Source: an uncultured delta proteobacterium | GTDB taxonomy: Bacteria; Myxococcota_A; Polyangia; Fen-1088 | NCBI GenBank assembly: GCA_963755125.1 | Contig: CAVWIP010000008.1 | Coordinates: 288,001 to 352,000, forward strand | Direction: 5' to 3' | DNA: 64,000 nt | Shown: positions 34,401 to 42,760 of the stretch, in pieces | How positions within the stretch are numbered: the stretch's first letter is position 1 | Layout: the number at the start of each line of letters is the position of its first letter | Translations under genes and position numbers: made by a program | The notes under the pieces: generated by a model | Seen by the model: the letters and a program-made list of their open reading frames with translations, nothing else | Databases searched by the model: none | Told to the model about the DNA's origin: nothing

Positions 34401-36375
34401 CTTCCAGGCACGCCGCTGGCGGGACGCGGCCGCTCACCTGGACGGAATCGCGGATCATGCAGCCGCGCCCAACTACCCCGAGGAAGTGGCGTTGGCACTG
34501 GCCCACGGCGCGATGGCCGAGCTGCGACAGAAACGGCCCGAGCGCGCAGCAAGCCTGCACGAGGCCGCGCTCCGCCTGTCTCCCAGTCATCCACAGACCC
34601 TGCGCGCCCTGGCGGACCTGGCCATCGAGCGTGGCGACAAGCTGGAAGCGGCGCGATCGCTGCGCCTGGTCGCCGAATCTTGTGGCGACCCGGTGGAGCA
34701 ATGCAGGCTGTACGAGCAAATCGGTGATCTGAACCTGGCCTTGGGAAACATGGGAGCGGCCCGCGAGGCCTACGAAGAAGCCGTGGCCCGGATTGAAGTC
34801 GATAGCCAAGATCAGGTGCCGCTGCTCGAAAAATCGCTGGCCGCGCAAAGGGCTGAGGGCGCCACACGTGCCGCCATTGAGACCGCGCGCCGGATCGCGG
34901 ACATCGTGGTCGAGCCCAAGGAGCGGGCCGCGCGCCGACGGGAGATCGCCGGGTTCGAGGTGGAGCAAGGCAACTTCGACCGGGCCGCGGACTTGCTCGA
35001 GCAGGTGATCGCGGACGATCCGACGGACGAGACGGCCCTGTGGAGCCTGTGCGAGGCATATGAGCGAGCCGGACGCGCGGCTGACGTGGGCGAAACCCTG
35101 CGTCGAGTCCTGCCCCAACTGGCCGAGCCGGCCGCTGACGCGGAACTGGCGCGCAGGCGCGCGGATCTGTGGGCGAAACTGGGCGCCCTGCTGGTGCCGA
35201 CCGATCCGGCGGCCGCGGTGGGCGCTCTGCAGGCGGCGATCGCGGCTGACACTCATCGCGTAGAGGCACGCTTGGCTCTCGCAGAGATCTACGGCGCGCG
35301 TCCCGAGCACCGAGAGATGGCTATCGAGAACCACAAGGCCATCCTGGTCTTCGATCCCATCCGACAGGAATCCTTGCACGCACTGGCGGCGGACCACATC
35401 CACCTCGGACACGTCGATCGGGCGCGCTGCCTGCTGGAGATTCTGGAAGTGTTCGGCCTTGCCACCGACGAGGACGAGGATTTCCTGGCGCAAAATCCGG
35501 CGCCTGAACGCAAACCCGACGATCCCTACGGGGGAAGCCTGGAGGACGGCGGACGAGGCCAGTATCTGGATCCGCTGCATGACTTGCGCTTCATGTCCGA
35601 GGTGCTGGCGGCGGTGTGGGAGGGCGCGCCCGGACTTTCGCAGGCCAACCTGGACAGCTTCGGCGTGACTGCCAAGGACAAGGTTTCAACTGTGGCGGAC
35701 CTGGCCATCGCCAAGATCTGGGGACAAGCTGGAAAAGCCCTGGGCAACCGGCGCACCAGTCTCTACCTGCGGCCGGATGCAGATTTCGACGGAGTCAGCC
35801 TGGTTGGCGTGGCGCCACCGGCGATCGTGGTTGGGCCGCGTCTGGCCGACGAAGCCGCGGTCGACGAGTTGCGCTTCCGCATCGGCCGCGCGCTCGAAAT
35901 GGGCCGGCCCGAGTACTTGCTCGCGGCCACGCTACCGGCGCCGGAGTTCGACACCTTGTTCATGGGTGTGCTCAAGGCCTTCCACCCCAAGCACGCGCGT
36001 TTCCGTGCCGGCAGCGAAGACGCCGAGGCGGAGCAGGCCGCCAAGTTGAAGAAGGCGCTGCCCTACAAGATCGCGAAGCGAGTGGGCGAGCTGTTTCAGG
36101 AACATGCCGAGGTCGCGCTCGATCCGTCCCGCTGGCGGGAGGGGGTGCGCGAGGCGGGAAACCGCGCCGGGCTTCTCATGTGCGGAGTCGCCAGGGCGGC
36201 AGTTCATATCGTCGGGCACGAGTCGATTCCCGGGGCTGCGGACGCGCCGGCTCCGGAAACCCTGCGCGAGCATGCCGGACGGCCCGGCCCGCTGCGGGAA
36301 CTGCTTCGCTTCGCCGTCAGCGACGCGTATCTCAACGCCCGCGACCTCCTTGGACTGGGACGTCCGGCGGCGTAG
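28408..36375 (+). CDS. Giant TPR-repeat protein (2655 aa), myxobacterial AgmK/GltI-like type
   Basis: Continuous helical TPR-like repeats (ALxxLExxY...WxxL); C-terminal PPAIVVG...ELRFRIGRAL domain. Confidence 0.8.
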   Translation: MPSEREYEQVLQKEPANGDAFVALRKAYRESGRFDRLVTLYETRAQAIEDQAKAAELFYLAAEVRLDHLSDTSGAEADLAHAVSRDASHRKAAKRLKDIYREQGRTDEYLTMLEMEAVAVMRAKDSARIEELKTEAEQAAGPEIQRIARAVSTPALRGSVTAEHLKTVEQARKIFAAIGEYQTACRLYDLELAATTDPKRRANLTFRLGRMLAEKVGDLQQAAQKLSDVVRLYPRDEKALDTLAGVFANPQWTGADGPERAVGLYSQIARRRHEAGDVDSAVTALRKALSAVPGHSEASALMERVLTSAGRLTDLDRFLRERAATAHTDQEKIEVLFRRAHLARTSLNDVAEAMRIYQEIVALEPPGGTASQELATLYLERQDYGKLAELRERQLEKATDPEFRLTLQRELASLYRDRLGDREQAAVYLHAILQTRPSDPEALRAYAEHFRQRGAWRELADVLEFALDHARSTGADASELLPRLEEVAVIAETKLGDIDRALTVWRRMFEIDPSYQRAREACKRILQKAGRWEEMATVLAEDAAASEPDARAEILRRLARLCLDKLNAPDRAAAVYRDVLALDAKDAIALRAVVEAYERAEQWAELAALLRNQVELTSVDAEKVNFLRRLLGLYEERLADPSSASWAAAQILKLLPGDRDALVRLESIFERSNDKPRLVKMLEYHLRHATNAEEKLALVRRIADLLQTDDFDRAIPYWENVLKHVPGDQQALQALLAGYEKAGQPEDVARTLDMQIAALAADPPAQAELLRRLARLARDGLKDTPRAQQAWKDLLKILPADHEGLEALSAIASEQSDWGTLADLMARRIAVSTNPAEAVPLALQRASLLVEKLDEPAEAIRALEHIISDLDPASVEAHQALRRVAEARDDWPRVAMVAERQLSFATDPKERVARALEIGCVYRDRLQDAKKAIGAFERVVEIEPEQSDALAALAPLYAETNDGEAFIATSEKLLRQTEDLTHRRPLLFDMAEAAETMLDEPRRAFELFRRAYVERPDEEALARLEATAEAHELWEDLIKVYAGEGARSVDPLAQVQVAMKVAGLCESRLQQPARAFTVLREALAHDPAGTTLLPELERLARTTKDWQGLLDVYAQVARGRPAPEDRFALLCLRAGVRETEMGDPSGAFDELLRAFALSPGHETTRGELLRLAEATGRWEDALAVEGQAFARATTTAEKVGVALRAAALVEDKVKDRVRAFRAYLNAFRLAPEDGEIVANLWRLGFLIGRYEDLGPVGVSATVRAESNALPPESESADVDLLTPAPLAVGQAAAPQLEFDEVTGEIDIGEVDLVDPADLPEPATAAGAPAATGFETPWQEWVQAYELLPADLITRHHYLKQQADIWERGAHNSDLALATLERAFVLKTTDESVRAEMERLAREGDRWDHVCEIYQRAAEREGRAEAVALHLRVGQIREELGQIALAEERYRKVIVLETDNPVAVDRLEQIYRGQERWADLAQVLERRITVPGGRLEGAEARKRAFELAELYEKRLERPYEAVDTLERYVASAEEEERGLAAGDPHASVLALEARAGYASLARLYGRVGMAQKAASALQRELELTGEGEDARGARWHLAEIYERELSLPARAVDMYEDILKRAPQDAEALAALDRLQQAMGRFEALAEVLRRRAEISEGTEKSELVWRRARILEEKLGNPEAAAACLRDLGSDALSDERTAAALLRNLRNAGLAHEALRILEQRIGVMSKAGGDPKLIAALNLEMAQLKSDDLSDPKGAQQAIEAAFALQPEDPAVLAALARFHLKHNDFQSYAAVLLRRADALAGQPEQAAALLEAGAVFRDQLGQMAEARACFEKAVALHPSNPEVLAALAAMLAGEGRIDEATALYERQLSLSDSPSAKAAVLTNLARALCEKPDGLTEAERRLDEALDLDPNHLPAVVTMADILYREEQWDRAERRLNEALRRMRGQPEQAAKLYHRLGEVYEKLGRLDEGYRQLVEADKALPGQLMLRIALGENRFQARRWRDAAAHLDGIADHAAAPNYPEEVALALAHGAMAELRQKRPERAASLHEAALRLSPSHPQTLRALADLAIERGDKLEAARSLRLVAESCGDPVEQCRLYEQIGDLNLALGNMGAAREAYEEAVARIEVDSQDQVPLLEKSLAAQRAEGATRAAIETARRIADIVVEPKERAARRREIAGFEVEQGNFDRAADLLEQVIADDPTDETALWSLCEAYERAGRAADVGETLRRVLPQLAEPAADAELARRRADLWAKLGALLVPTDPAAAVGALQAAIAADTHRVEARLALAEIYGARPEHREMAIENHKAILVFDPIRQESLHALAADHIHLGHVDRARCLLEILEVFGLATDEDEDFLAQNPAPERKPDDPYGGSLEDGGRGQYLDPLHDLRFMSEVLAAVWEGAPGLSQANLDSFGVTAKDKVSTVADLAIAKIWGQAGKALGNRRTSLYLRPDADFDGVSLVGVAPPAIVVGPRLADEAAVDELRFRIGRALEMGRPEYLLAATLPAPEFDTLFMGVLKAFHPKHARFRAGSEDAEAEQAAKLKKALPYKIAKRVGELFQEHAEVALDPSRWREGVREAGNRAGLLMCGVARAAVHIVGHESIPGAADAPAPETLREHAGRPGPLRELLRFAVSDAYLNARDLLGLGRPAA

Positions 36376-36391
36376 TCGCGTGGGCATTGCA

Positions 36392-36420
36392 TTGACACCG
36401 ACGCTCGGCCTTACTATAAG
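36392..36420 (+). promoter_or_regulatory. Sigma-70 promoter of tRNA-Leu
   Basis: TTGACA-N17-TATAAG followed by a GC-rich discriminator, 19 nt before the tRNA. Confidence 0.7.
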
Positions 36421-36439
36421 CGGCCACTCTGGCTTCCCC

Positions 36440-36523
36440 GCGAGGATGGCGGAACTTGGTAGACGCACTAGCTTGAGGTGCTAGCGGTTAACAGCCATGG
36501 GGGTTCAAGTCCCCCTCCTCGCA
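36440..36523 (+). tRNA. tRNA-Leu (anticodon GAG), CCA not encoded
   Basis: Acceptor GCGAGGA/TCCTCGC-A; D loop GGTAGA; anticodon arm CTAGC-TTGAGGT-GCTAG; long variable arm; T arm GGGGG-TTCAAGT-CCCCC. Confidence 0.96.
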
Positions 36524-37730
36524 CAGGACGAATTCCTAAATCATTTCGAGTGGTTCTTGGCCTTCGGTTCTTTTGGGACGCATCGGGATGTCTTTCCGCA
36601 GCAGTGCCTCCACAGCCAGAATGTAGCCAGAATTCCGGCTTCCCAGCCCCCGCAGCGGCCTGGAGGACGTCCTCGGCCGCCGCCTTCTGCGGGCGCATGT
36701 AGCGGGCTGTGGTGGCCGGCTGCTTGTGGCCCGCCAGGTACATCACGCCCGACAGATTGCTCGTCACCTGCCCCAGATGCGTGAGGCGCGAGTGGCGGAA
36801 ATCGTAGTCCGAGATCCGGCCCGCGCGGTAGGCGTCGATGCCCGCCGCGCGCGCCGCCGGCCGCAACAGCGTGCGGAAGTCGTGCCTGCCAAAGATGATC
36901 CCGGCGGCCGGGCAGACCGAATCGAGGGCCTTGCGCGCGTTCACACTCAGGGGAAGCTCGCGGCCATAGCGGCTCTTGTCCGTTTCATCCGTGATCGTCA
37001 GGGCGGCGGCGCCGCGACGGTAGTTCTCCGGCACGCTCAGCTTGGCCAGGGTCGCGGGCCGCAGGCTGCTTTCCCACGCCACCCAGAAACGCGCACGAAC
37101 TGGAAACCGCTCTCTCGACCGCTTGCTCGTAGCATGCTCAGGCAGCTTGGCGATGATGCTCTCCATCTCCTCGGCCGTGAACACGAGAAAATTGCGTTTG
37201 CGGGACGACTCTTGCACATGGCCCAACACACATCGCCCCGGCGTCTCGATTTCCGGCATCTCGCTCAGGTAGCCGCGCCGGTGCGCCCACTTCGAGAAAC
37301 GGCGCAGGACCGAAAGCTCCTTCTTCAGCGTTTCCCTCGTCACCAGCCGCAGCCGGGACGCGACGTAGTCTTCCGCGCCCACCGTCGTGAGCCGGTCCAT
37401 CGTCCTGAAGAAAGGCGCGAAGTGAGTGGCCATGTAGATGTCCCGGTAGAGCGCGAACGTGCGCGGATCGATGCTGGGCTCGATGTCAGCGAACCAGAGC
37501 GCCGTCACTTCGTTGAACGGCTTGCCTGGCTGGGCACCCAGCGCCTTGCCGGGGGACCACCGGCCGGAGACAACATCAGCGTAGATCCGGGCTGCTTCGC
37601 TCGCCGCAGGGACAGGATCTCGCTCGCCCGTGGTGAAGGAGCGGCGTCGACCCTCGTGGGTGAACCGGACCTGGAAGACGTGCGAGCGGGGGTCCTGAAA
37701 GAGCTGCCAACCTTCTGCTGTGCGAGCCAT
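36468..37730 (-). CDS. Tyrosine recombinase/integrase 1; stop codon lies within tRNA-Leu (antisense)
   Basis: SSLRP (R), YDFRHS, LAGHK, TTARY (catalytic Y); GGAGG RBS. Confidence 0.9.
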   Translation of the reverse strand: MARTAEGWQLFQDPRSHVFQVRFTHEGRRRSFTTGERDPVPAASEAARIYADVVSGRWSPGKALGAQPGKPFNEVTALWFADIEPSIDPRTFALYRDIYMATHFAPFFRTMDRLTTVGAEDYVASRLRLVTRETLKKELSVLRRFSKWAHRRGYLSEMPEIETPGRCVLGHVQESSRKRNFLVFTAEEMESIIAKLPEHATSKRSRERFPVRARFWVAWESSLRPATLAKLSVPENYRRGAAALTITDETDKSRYGRELPLSVNARKALDSVCPAAGIIFGRHDFRTLLRPAARAAGIDAYRAGRISDYDFRHSRLTHLGQVTSNLSGVMYLAGHKQPATTARYMRPQKAAAEDVLQAAAGAGKPEFWLHSGCGGTAAERHPDASQKNRRPRTTRNDLGIRPVRGGGLEPPWLLTASTSS

Positions 37731-38088
37731 GGTCCGACGTCCTCCTGGTGAGAGCGTACCTGCCCTCTTCTGCGTCGGCTACTGGTGATTCACTCTCCTG
37801 GCAAGGACGGCACCAATCTCCCGGCCGCTCCTGGTGGTATCCCTCGGACACAAATCGTCCCACCCGGTGGGCGCGTTCGCGTGAGCACACCGTCAATCTC
37901 ACATTCCGCCCAGGACCGGCCCCCGACGGCGCCCGGATGACAGGCCAGCAGAGGACACCGGAGCCAGACCACCATGGCTCCCCAGTCACGCCGCAACGTG
38001 CGTGGCAACAAGGCCACAACGATTACCCTCGCTTGCAATCTAACAGGTAGGGGCGGGACGGGACATTGAGGAGGTTGTAGGCTTCGCT

Positions 38089-38156
38089 GCCCACTACCAA
38101 ATGAAGGTTCGGCCCATCTCCCCGAGCGAGTTCCAGCGGAGCCGGGATGCAAAGGC
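38089..38156 (+). pseudogene. 68-bp fragment homologous to the middle of the TIR gene
   Basis: 63/68 nt identical to 42135-42202. Confidence 0.75.
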
Positions 38157-38353
38157 GGGGTGCTGCTGCTTGGATGGGGCCGATCTGGGGGGCAAGCGCC
38201 TGGCCAGTGCAAGCGTGGCATCTCGTATCGGCTGGGTTGGGCGAGGGTAATTTCGAGGCATACCTCTCCCCCTTTGTTGTCCCTAGCTACAGCGAGGGAG
38301 CCGAGCAGCGCCAGTATGTCGAGCCGCCCTTTGGCCGGCGCTCGCCGCCGAGG

Positions 38354-39601
38354 CTAGTCCTCATATAGCTCCGCACTCGCGAGAGCTGCGGTGCTACTGT
38401 TCCCGCCAGCGACTAGCGCCTGCCCGCTCCCCAGCAAGGTCACTGTGTGGCCCCACCTTGGAACAGCCATGCTGCCGGTAGCCGTGAATATCCCGGTCGT
38501 CGGGTCGTACAGCTCCGCGCTCGCGAGAGCCAGCAGGTTGTAGTCGAATCCGCCGACGAGGAGCACTTTGCCGTTGCCCAACGGGGTGGCCGAGTGGTCA
38601 GACCTTGGCATAGCCATGTTGCCGGTAGCCGTGAATGTCCCGGCGCTTAGGTCGAATAGCTCCGCGCTCCCAAGAACGTCGTTTTCTTCGGTGCCCCCGG
38701 CGATGAGTACCATTCCGCTTGGCAGCAACGTCGCTGTATGTGCAACCCTTGCAATGGTCATGGTGCCGGTTGCTGCAAATGTCCCGCTCGCCGGGTCGTA
38801 CAGTTCCGCGCTCGCGATCTCATTGCTGAGTTCGGATGCTCCGCCGGTGATGAGCACCTTCCCGTTGCCCAGCAGCGTGGCAGTGTGGCCTGTTCTCCCC
38901 ATGGTCATGTTGCCCGTTGCCGCAAATGTGCCGGCTGCCGGGTCGTATAGCTCCGCGCTCGGAAGCCCAACGCTGAATTCGGATAGGCCGCCTGCCATGA
39001 GCACCATCCCGCCCGACAGCAATGTCGCCGTGTGCCCTTCCCTCGCCACGGTCATGCTGCCCGTGACGACGAATGTCCCGCTCGCCGGGTCGTATAGCTC
39101 CGCGCTCGCGAAGTAGTTGCCGCCCTCTGATCCTCCACCATCGACTAGCACCATCCCGCCCGACAGCAATGTCGCCGTGTGCCCTTCCCTCGCCACGGTC
39201 ATGCTGCCCGTGACGACGAATGTCCCGCTCGCCGGGTCGTACAGTTCTGCGCTCGCGAGAGTGACGCTATCGTTCCCGCCCCCGACGAGGAGCACCTTCC
39301 CGCTCGGCAACAACGTCGCCGTGTGGCCCACCCTTGCCGCGGTCAGGTCGCCCGTCGCCACAAAAACTCCTTGCCGCGTCGCGGTACTGGTAGTCGCGCC
39401 TCCAAGGGCACCGGCCGCACCTACTCCACCTGTGGCTTCGATGGTGGTACCTCCGCTAGTGACAGTCGTGTTTCCTCCGCCGGTTCCTCCGCCACTGTTC
39501 ATGGCGCCCGCCTTCTCTTCGCCCATCGGCGTCCGCGAGCAGGCAAGCCCGGTCAATGACAACGCCACAGCGATTGCTGGGTATCGGCGCGCACGAATCA
39601 T
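38354..39601 (-). CDS. Kelch-repeat beta-propeller lipoprotein
   Basis: Lipobox GLAC, Gly/Thr linker, ~7 repeats R.GHTATLL..GKVL.AGG...SAELYDP. Confidence 0.88.
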   Translation of the reverse strand: MIRARRYPAIAVALSLTGLACSRTPMGEEKAGAMNSGGGTGGGNTTVTSGGTTIEATGGVGAAGALGGATTSTATRQGVFVATGDLTAARVGHTATLLPSGKVLLVGGGNDSVTLASAELYDPASGTFVVTGSMTVAREGHTATLLSGGMVLVDGGGSEGGNYFASAELYDPASGTFVVTGSMTVAREGHTATLLSGGMVLMAGGLSEFSVGLPSAELYDPAAGTFAATGNMTMGRTGHTATLLGNGKVLITGGASELSNEIASAELYDPASGTFAATGTMTIARVAHTATLLPSGMVLIAGGTEENDVLGSAELFDLSAGTFTATGNMAMPRSDHSATPLGNGKVLLVGGFDYNLLALASAELYDPTTGIFTATGSMAVPRWGHTVTLLGSGQALVAGGNSSTAALASAELYED

Positions 39602-40031
39602 ATCAGCAACATTATCAGCAAAGTGGTCTTGGGGAAGTCGCGATCCACCTTCCCGAGCGTGGCAACTACTGGAACCAGAGCCGATTCTCGCCCCCCGAGC
39701 CCGCAGATCGGTTCCACCACACACTCCACCATCTCAGGCACCTCCCTGAATCCCAGGCTGCGCTTGGCACCGTCGCCGTCACCGAGCGACATCCAGCGAC
39801 GGATGCCTCTGCGACCAGAACCCAATCAATCCGGCCGAAGTCTTGTCGGAGCAACCCGTCGGCAGTACCCGGCGCCTCCACAACTTAACCAACTGAGATT
39901 ATTCAGCATTTCGGAAATGGCCAAACGAGGTCCCTGAATCAGGTCCCTGGATTTTTGGAGGCTGGTGGCTTCCGGCTGGCGGCCAACCGCTCGTGGTCAG
40001 GGGAAAAAAGGGTGTGGGCCGGCCACTGCCG

Positions 40032-41105
40032 TTAAGATCCGGTGACCTTCGGTACGCATGAATTCGGTTCGCGCAGGCGGCTCCGGTGTTCGTTCTCGCG
40101 AGCGTCGGCGTCGCGTTCTGACTGAAACGCGACATCGTCAGGCACCATGTCTCTAAAAAACGGGGGAAACAGCATGTCTCGTATGCCTGCGTAGTATTCC
40201 GCCATGAACTTGTCCACGGCTGCCCATTGCTTCTCCAGTTCAGCCAACGGAAGAGACGCCGCCAAGCGTTCCCTGAATGACCACGTCTTCTTGCCGCCGA
40301 CAGAATCCGGAGCCGTGCACCTGGCTTGGATGGATGTCCAGAAATACGCTCCGGCTTCATCCACAGGCCCCCCTAGCCCTTGGTGAAGATAGGCGGCGAG
40401 CCTGTCCCAGCTAAGCTGGTCGCCAAGTTCGGCGCCGCGCTGGTAGTAGAGCCTCGCCTTCTTGTGGTTGGGCTTGGGGCCGCCGCAAGACCCTGCATCG
40501 AAAGAATCGGCAAGCTCACGGCACGCCGATGCGTTTGTTCTGCACGCGTCTTCGAGAAGCTGTTGCCGGGCCGCTGGTTCCGAGTCGCCGTAGGGCGCGT
40601 AGCTCAGTCCGCTCCGAATGAGTTCCGCGGTTTCTTGCTCGGCATTGGGATTGCGAAGCACGGCGGCTCGATGAACCCATTCGCCTGATCGGCGCCCGTC
40701 GTGCAGATTCACACCGTAGTAGACGGAGAGTGCCCAGGCGGCCTGGCCGTCACCTTTGGCCGCATCTCCCTCCAGTTGTCTTATGGTCTCATCTGGCCAG
40801 CGTTCGTGGCCAAGCGGGCCTGGAAAAATTTGCCTCCTGGGTGGCGTGCTGGGGTAACCCGATTCCCCCGTCGCAATCGCTGCCGAAGTTGAGGCGCTGC
40901 TGGGAGTGGCAACCGCCCCTCCCGTGGTAACCAGGCCGCCTGCGCCGGTGCCACCACTACCCGCAGTGCCCGTGGTGCTCGGCGTTCTTGGGCGAAGGGG
41001 ATCCGAGCAGCCCCAAAGGACAACGGCGAGGAAGCAGACGACCCCATAGCAGCCGAGCCGTCGTGTCGGGAACAGGAATGACCCCCTGGATTCGACTACC
41101 GGCAT
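40032..41105 (-). CDS. Sel1-like repeat lipoprotein
   Basis: LWGC lipobox, Gly/Thr linker, AAKGD..A, YYQRGAELGD, GLGGPVD..AYFW; start uncertain. Confidence 0.75.
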   Translation of the reverse strand: MPVVESRGSFLFPTRRLGCYGVVCFLAVVLWGCSDPLRPRTPSTTGTAGSGGTGAGGLVTTGGAVATPSSASTSAAIATGESGYPSTPPRRQIFPGPLGHERWPDETIRQLEGDAAKGDGQAAWALSVYYGVNLHDGRRSGEWVHRAAVLRNPNAEQETAELIRSGLSYAPYGDSEPAARQQLLEDACRTNASACRELADSFDAGSCGGPKPNHKKARLYYQRGAELGDQLSWDRLAAYLHQGLGGPVDEAGAYFWTSIQARCTAPDSVGGKKTWSFRERLAASLPLAELEKQWAAVDKFMAEYYAGIRDMLFPPFFRDMVPDDVAFQSERDADARENEHRSRLREPNSCVPKVTGS

Positions 41106-41153
41106 CGCACACCTCGCCGACATGATAGCGGAAATCTGGATCGCCAAGCACAT

Positions 41154-41267
41154 CAGCCACCAGGCCACGCAGCCGCATCCCTCACCGCCCGCCCTCCCCG
41201 CCTCCCAGCCGCAGCCATCGGGCCTCGACTAGGGCTGCGGTCGCGCTCTGGGCGACGTGGGTGTAGC
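41154..41267 (-). pseudogene. 3' tail of a tyrosine integrase (copy A of a 114-bp direct repeat)
   Basis: Encodes YTHVAQSATAALVEARWLRLGGGEGGR*; 110/114 nt identical to 42761-42874. Confidence 0.85.
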
Positions 41268-41321
41268 ATCGCCTGCGGGGGAAAACTGTAGTGCCCAAAG
41301 CCTTGACACCAGGATAGGCAA

Positions 41322-42746
41322 ATGACGGATCTTCTTGTGACGCTGCCTCGAAGAGAACTCCGCGTTCTCGACACCGTGGCAAAGTGCCAGTTTTCAAAGG
41401 CTGAGCCGATTGGGCTCACGGAACTGCTGCTGGAGCACCCTCCGGGAAGCGAGAACTTCGTAGGTGAGGTGGTTCAAGTCCTGCTTGGTCGCCTACTCCT
41501 GGCTTCTGGCGAGGGGCCGGGCACGGGGACCCTATCACTTACTCCGCTGGGCCTCCTGAGCTGCTCATACACGAGTGAGGCATCTTCCCTTGCCGAGGGG
41601 ATACTGCGATACATCCAGCAACGGCTTGGGCATGAAAAGTCCAAGTTCAAGGGGTACACGTGGGATGAGATGAAAAGCAGTGGCGTCGTTGCCGGAGATG
41701 AGAGATTTGGTTATGCCGTCGCCGTCGTATCTCTGTTCAATTTGGCTGGAGAACACTCCCATTCACTCGGACCACCCCCGACTGCGTCGTGGGGTCTCCC
41801 GCCGGATGTCATTGCTCTGCGAGGCATCATTGATATCGTTGGGCTCTATCAAAGAGTCGAAGGCAAAGTTCAGCGTAACAACGCCGCCGCCGATCACCAA
41901 GGAGAGCGCCAAATGTTTGACGAGTTGATGCCAGATACGATGACGATCCACAAGTCTGATGGGCAAACGCTGGAGGCGGTCAGGGGCCAAGTCTCGCCAG
42001 GACTGATAATGGTCATGGATGGCTCACTCGTTATCGAGGTTGGCGACATTGCCGAGCGCCTCGCCTCAAACGGGCTGCGTGAATTCTACGCGGTGACAGC
42101 GACTGGCTTTCACGAGAAGGTCTCAGGAATCCCCGCCCACTACCAAATGAAGGTTCGGCCCATCTCTGCGCGTGAGTTCCAGCGAAGCCGGGATGCAAAG
42201 GCCGAATCCTCCACTGGAGATGGGTTGCCCAATCCGACTGGCAATACACCGATCCGGATCTTCATCAGCCATTCGTCCGCCGATGTTCAAGTTGCCAGCG
42301 CTCTCATTGACCTGCTGCGCTCCGCCCTGAACCTTCCCTCCTCTGACATTCGCTGTACCAGCGTCGATGGCTTTGGTTTGGAGGGCGGCGCAAATACCGA
42401 AGAAAGCCTTCGGCGAGAGGTGCGAGATTCGGAGTTGTTCATAGGGGTCATTTCAGAACATAGTCTCACGTCGGTGTACGCGCTCTTTGAATTAGGCGCG
42501 CGGTGGGGCACGGAACGCCCGCTCATTCCGCTTCTTGCGCCTGGAACCCCACCCGACGTTCTCTCTGGGCCACTCTCGAACATCCACGCCCTCAATTTGG
42601 GGGTGGAGGCACAAATCCATCAACTCGTCAGTCAGGTCGCAAAAAAGCTGAATGTGCCAAGTGCCCCCCCTGCGGTCTACTCTGGCCATCTCAGGCGACT
42701 CGCAACTGCTACACCGTCTACCCCCAGCATTTTCGATAATCTCTGA
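41322..42746 (+). CDS. TIR-domain protein with two uncharacterised N-terminal domains
   Basis: IFISHSSAD, IRCTSVDG, SVYALFELGARWG (catalytic Glu position); visibly more A+T-rich than neighbours. Confidence 0.85.
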   Translation: MTDLLVTLPRRELRVLDTVAKCQFSKAEPIGLTELLLEHPPGSENFVGEVVQVLLGRLLLASGEGPGTGTLSLTPLGLLSCSYTSEASSLAEGILRYIQQRLGHEKSKFKGYTWDEMKSSGVVAGDERFGYAVAVVSLFNLAGEHSHSLGPPPTASWGLPPDVIALRGIIDIVGLYQRVEGKVQRNNAAADHQGERQMFDELMPDTMTIHKSDGQTLEAVRGQVSPGLIMVMDGSLVIEVGDIAERLASNGLREFYAVTATGFHEKVSGIPAHYQMKVRPISAREFQRSRDAKAESSTGDGLPNPTGNTPIRIFISHSSADVQVASALIDLLRSALNLPSSDIRCTSVDGFGLEGGANTEESLRREVRDSELFIGVISEHSLTSVYALFELGARWGTERPLIPLLAPGTPPDVLSGPLSNIHALNLGVEAQIHQLVSQVAKKLNVPSAPPAVYSGHLRRLATATPSTPSIFDNL

Positions 42747-42760
42747 TCTGGCTCACACCA

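Noticed and set aside
28624..36468. Long antisense and alternate-frame ORFs (for example 31255-32826, 33931-35580; also 8058-9536, 9485-10942, 62369-63967)
   Set aside because: Shadow ORFs expected in high-GC DNA overlapping well-supported genes; no motifs.
41322..42746. Thoeris, CBASS or Pycsar system
   Set aside because: No ThsA-like, cyclase or other partner gene is adjacent; only a lone TIR protein is supported.
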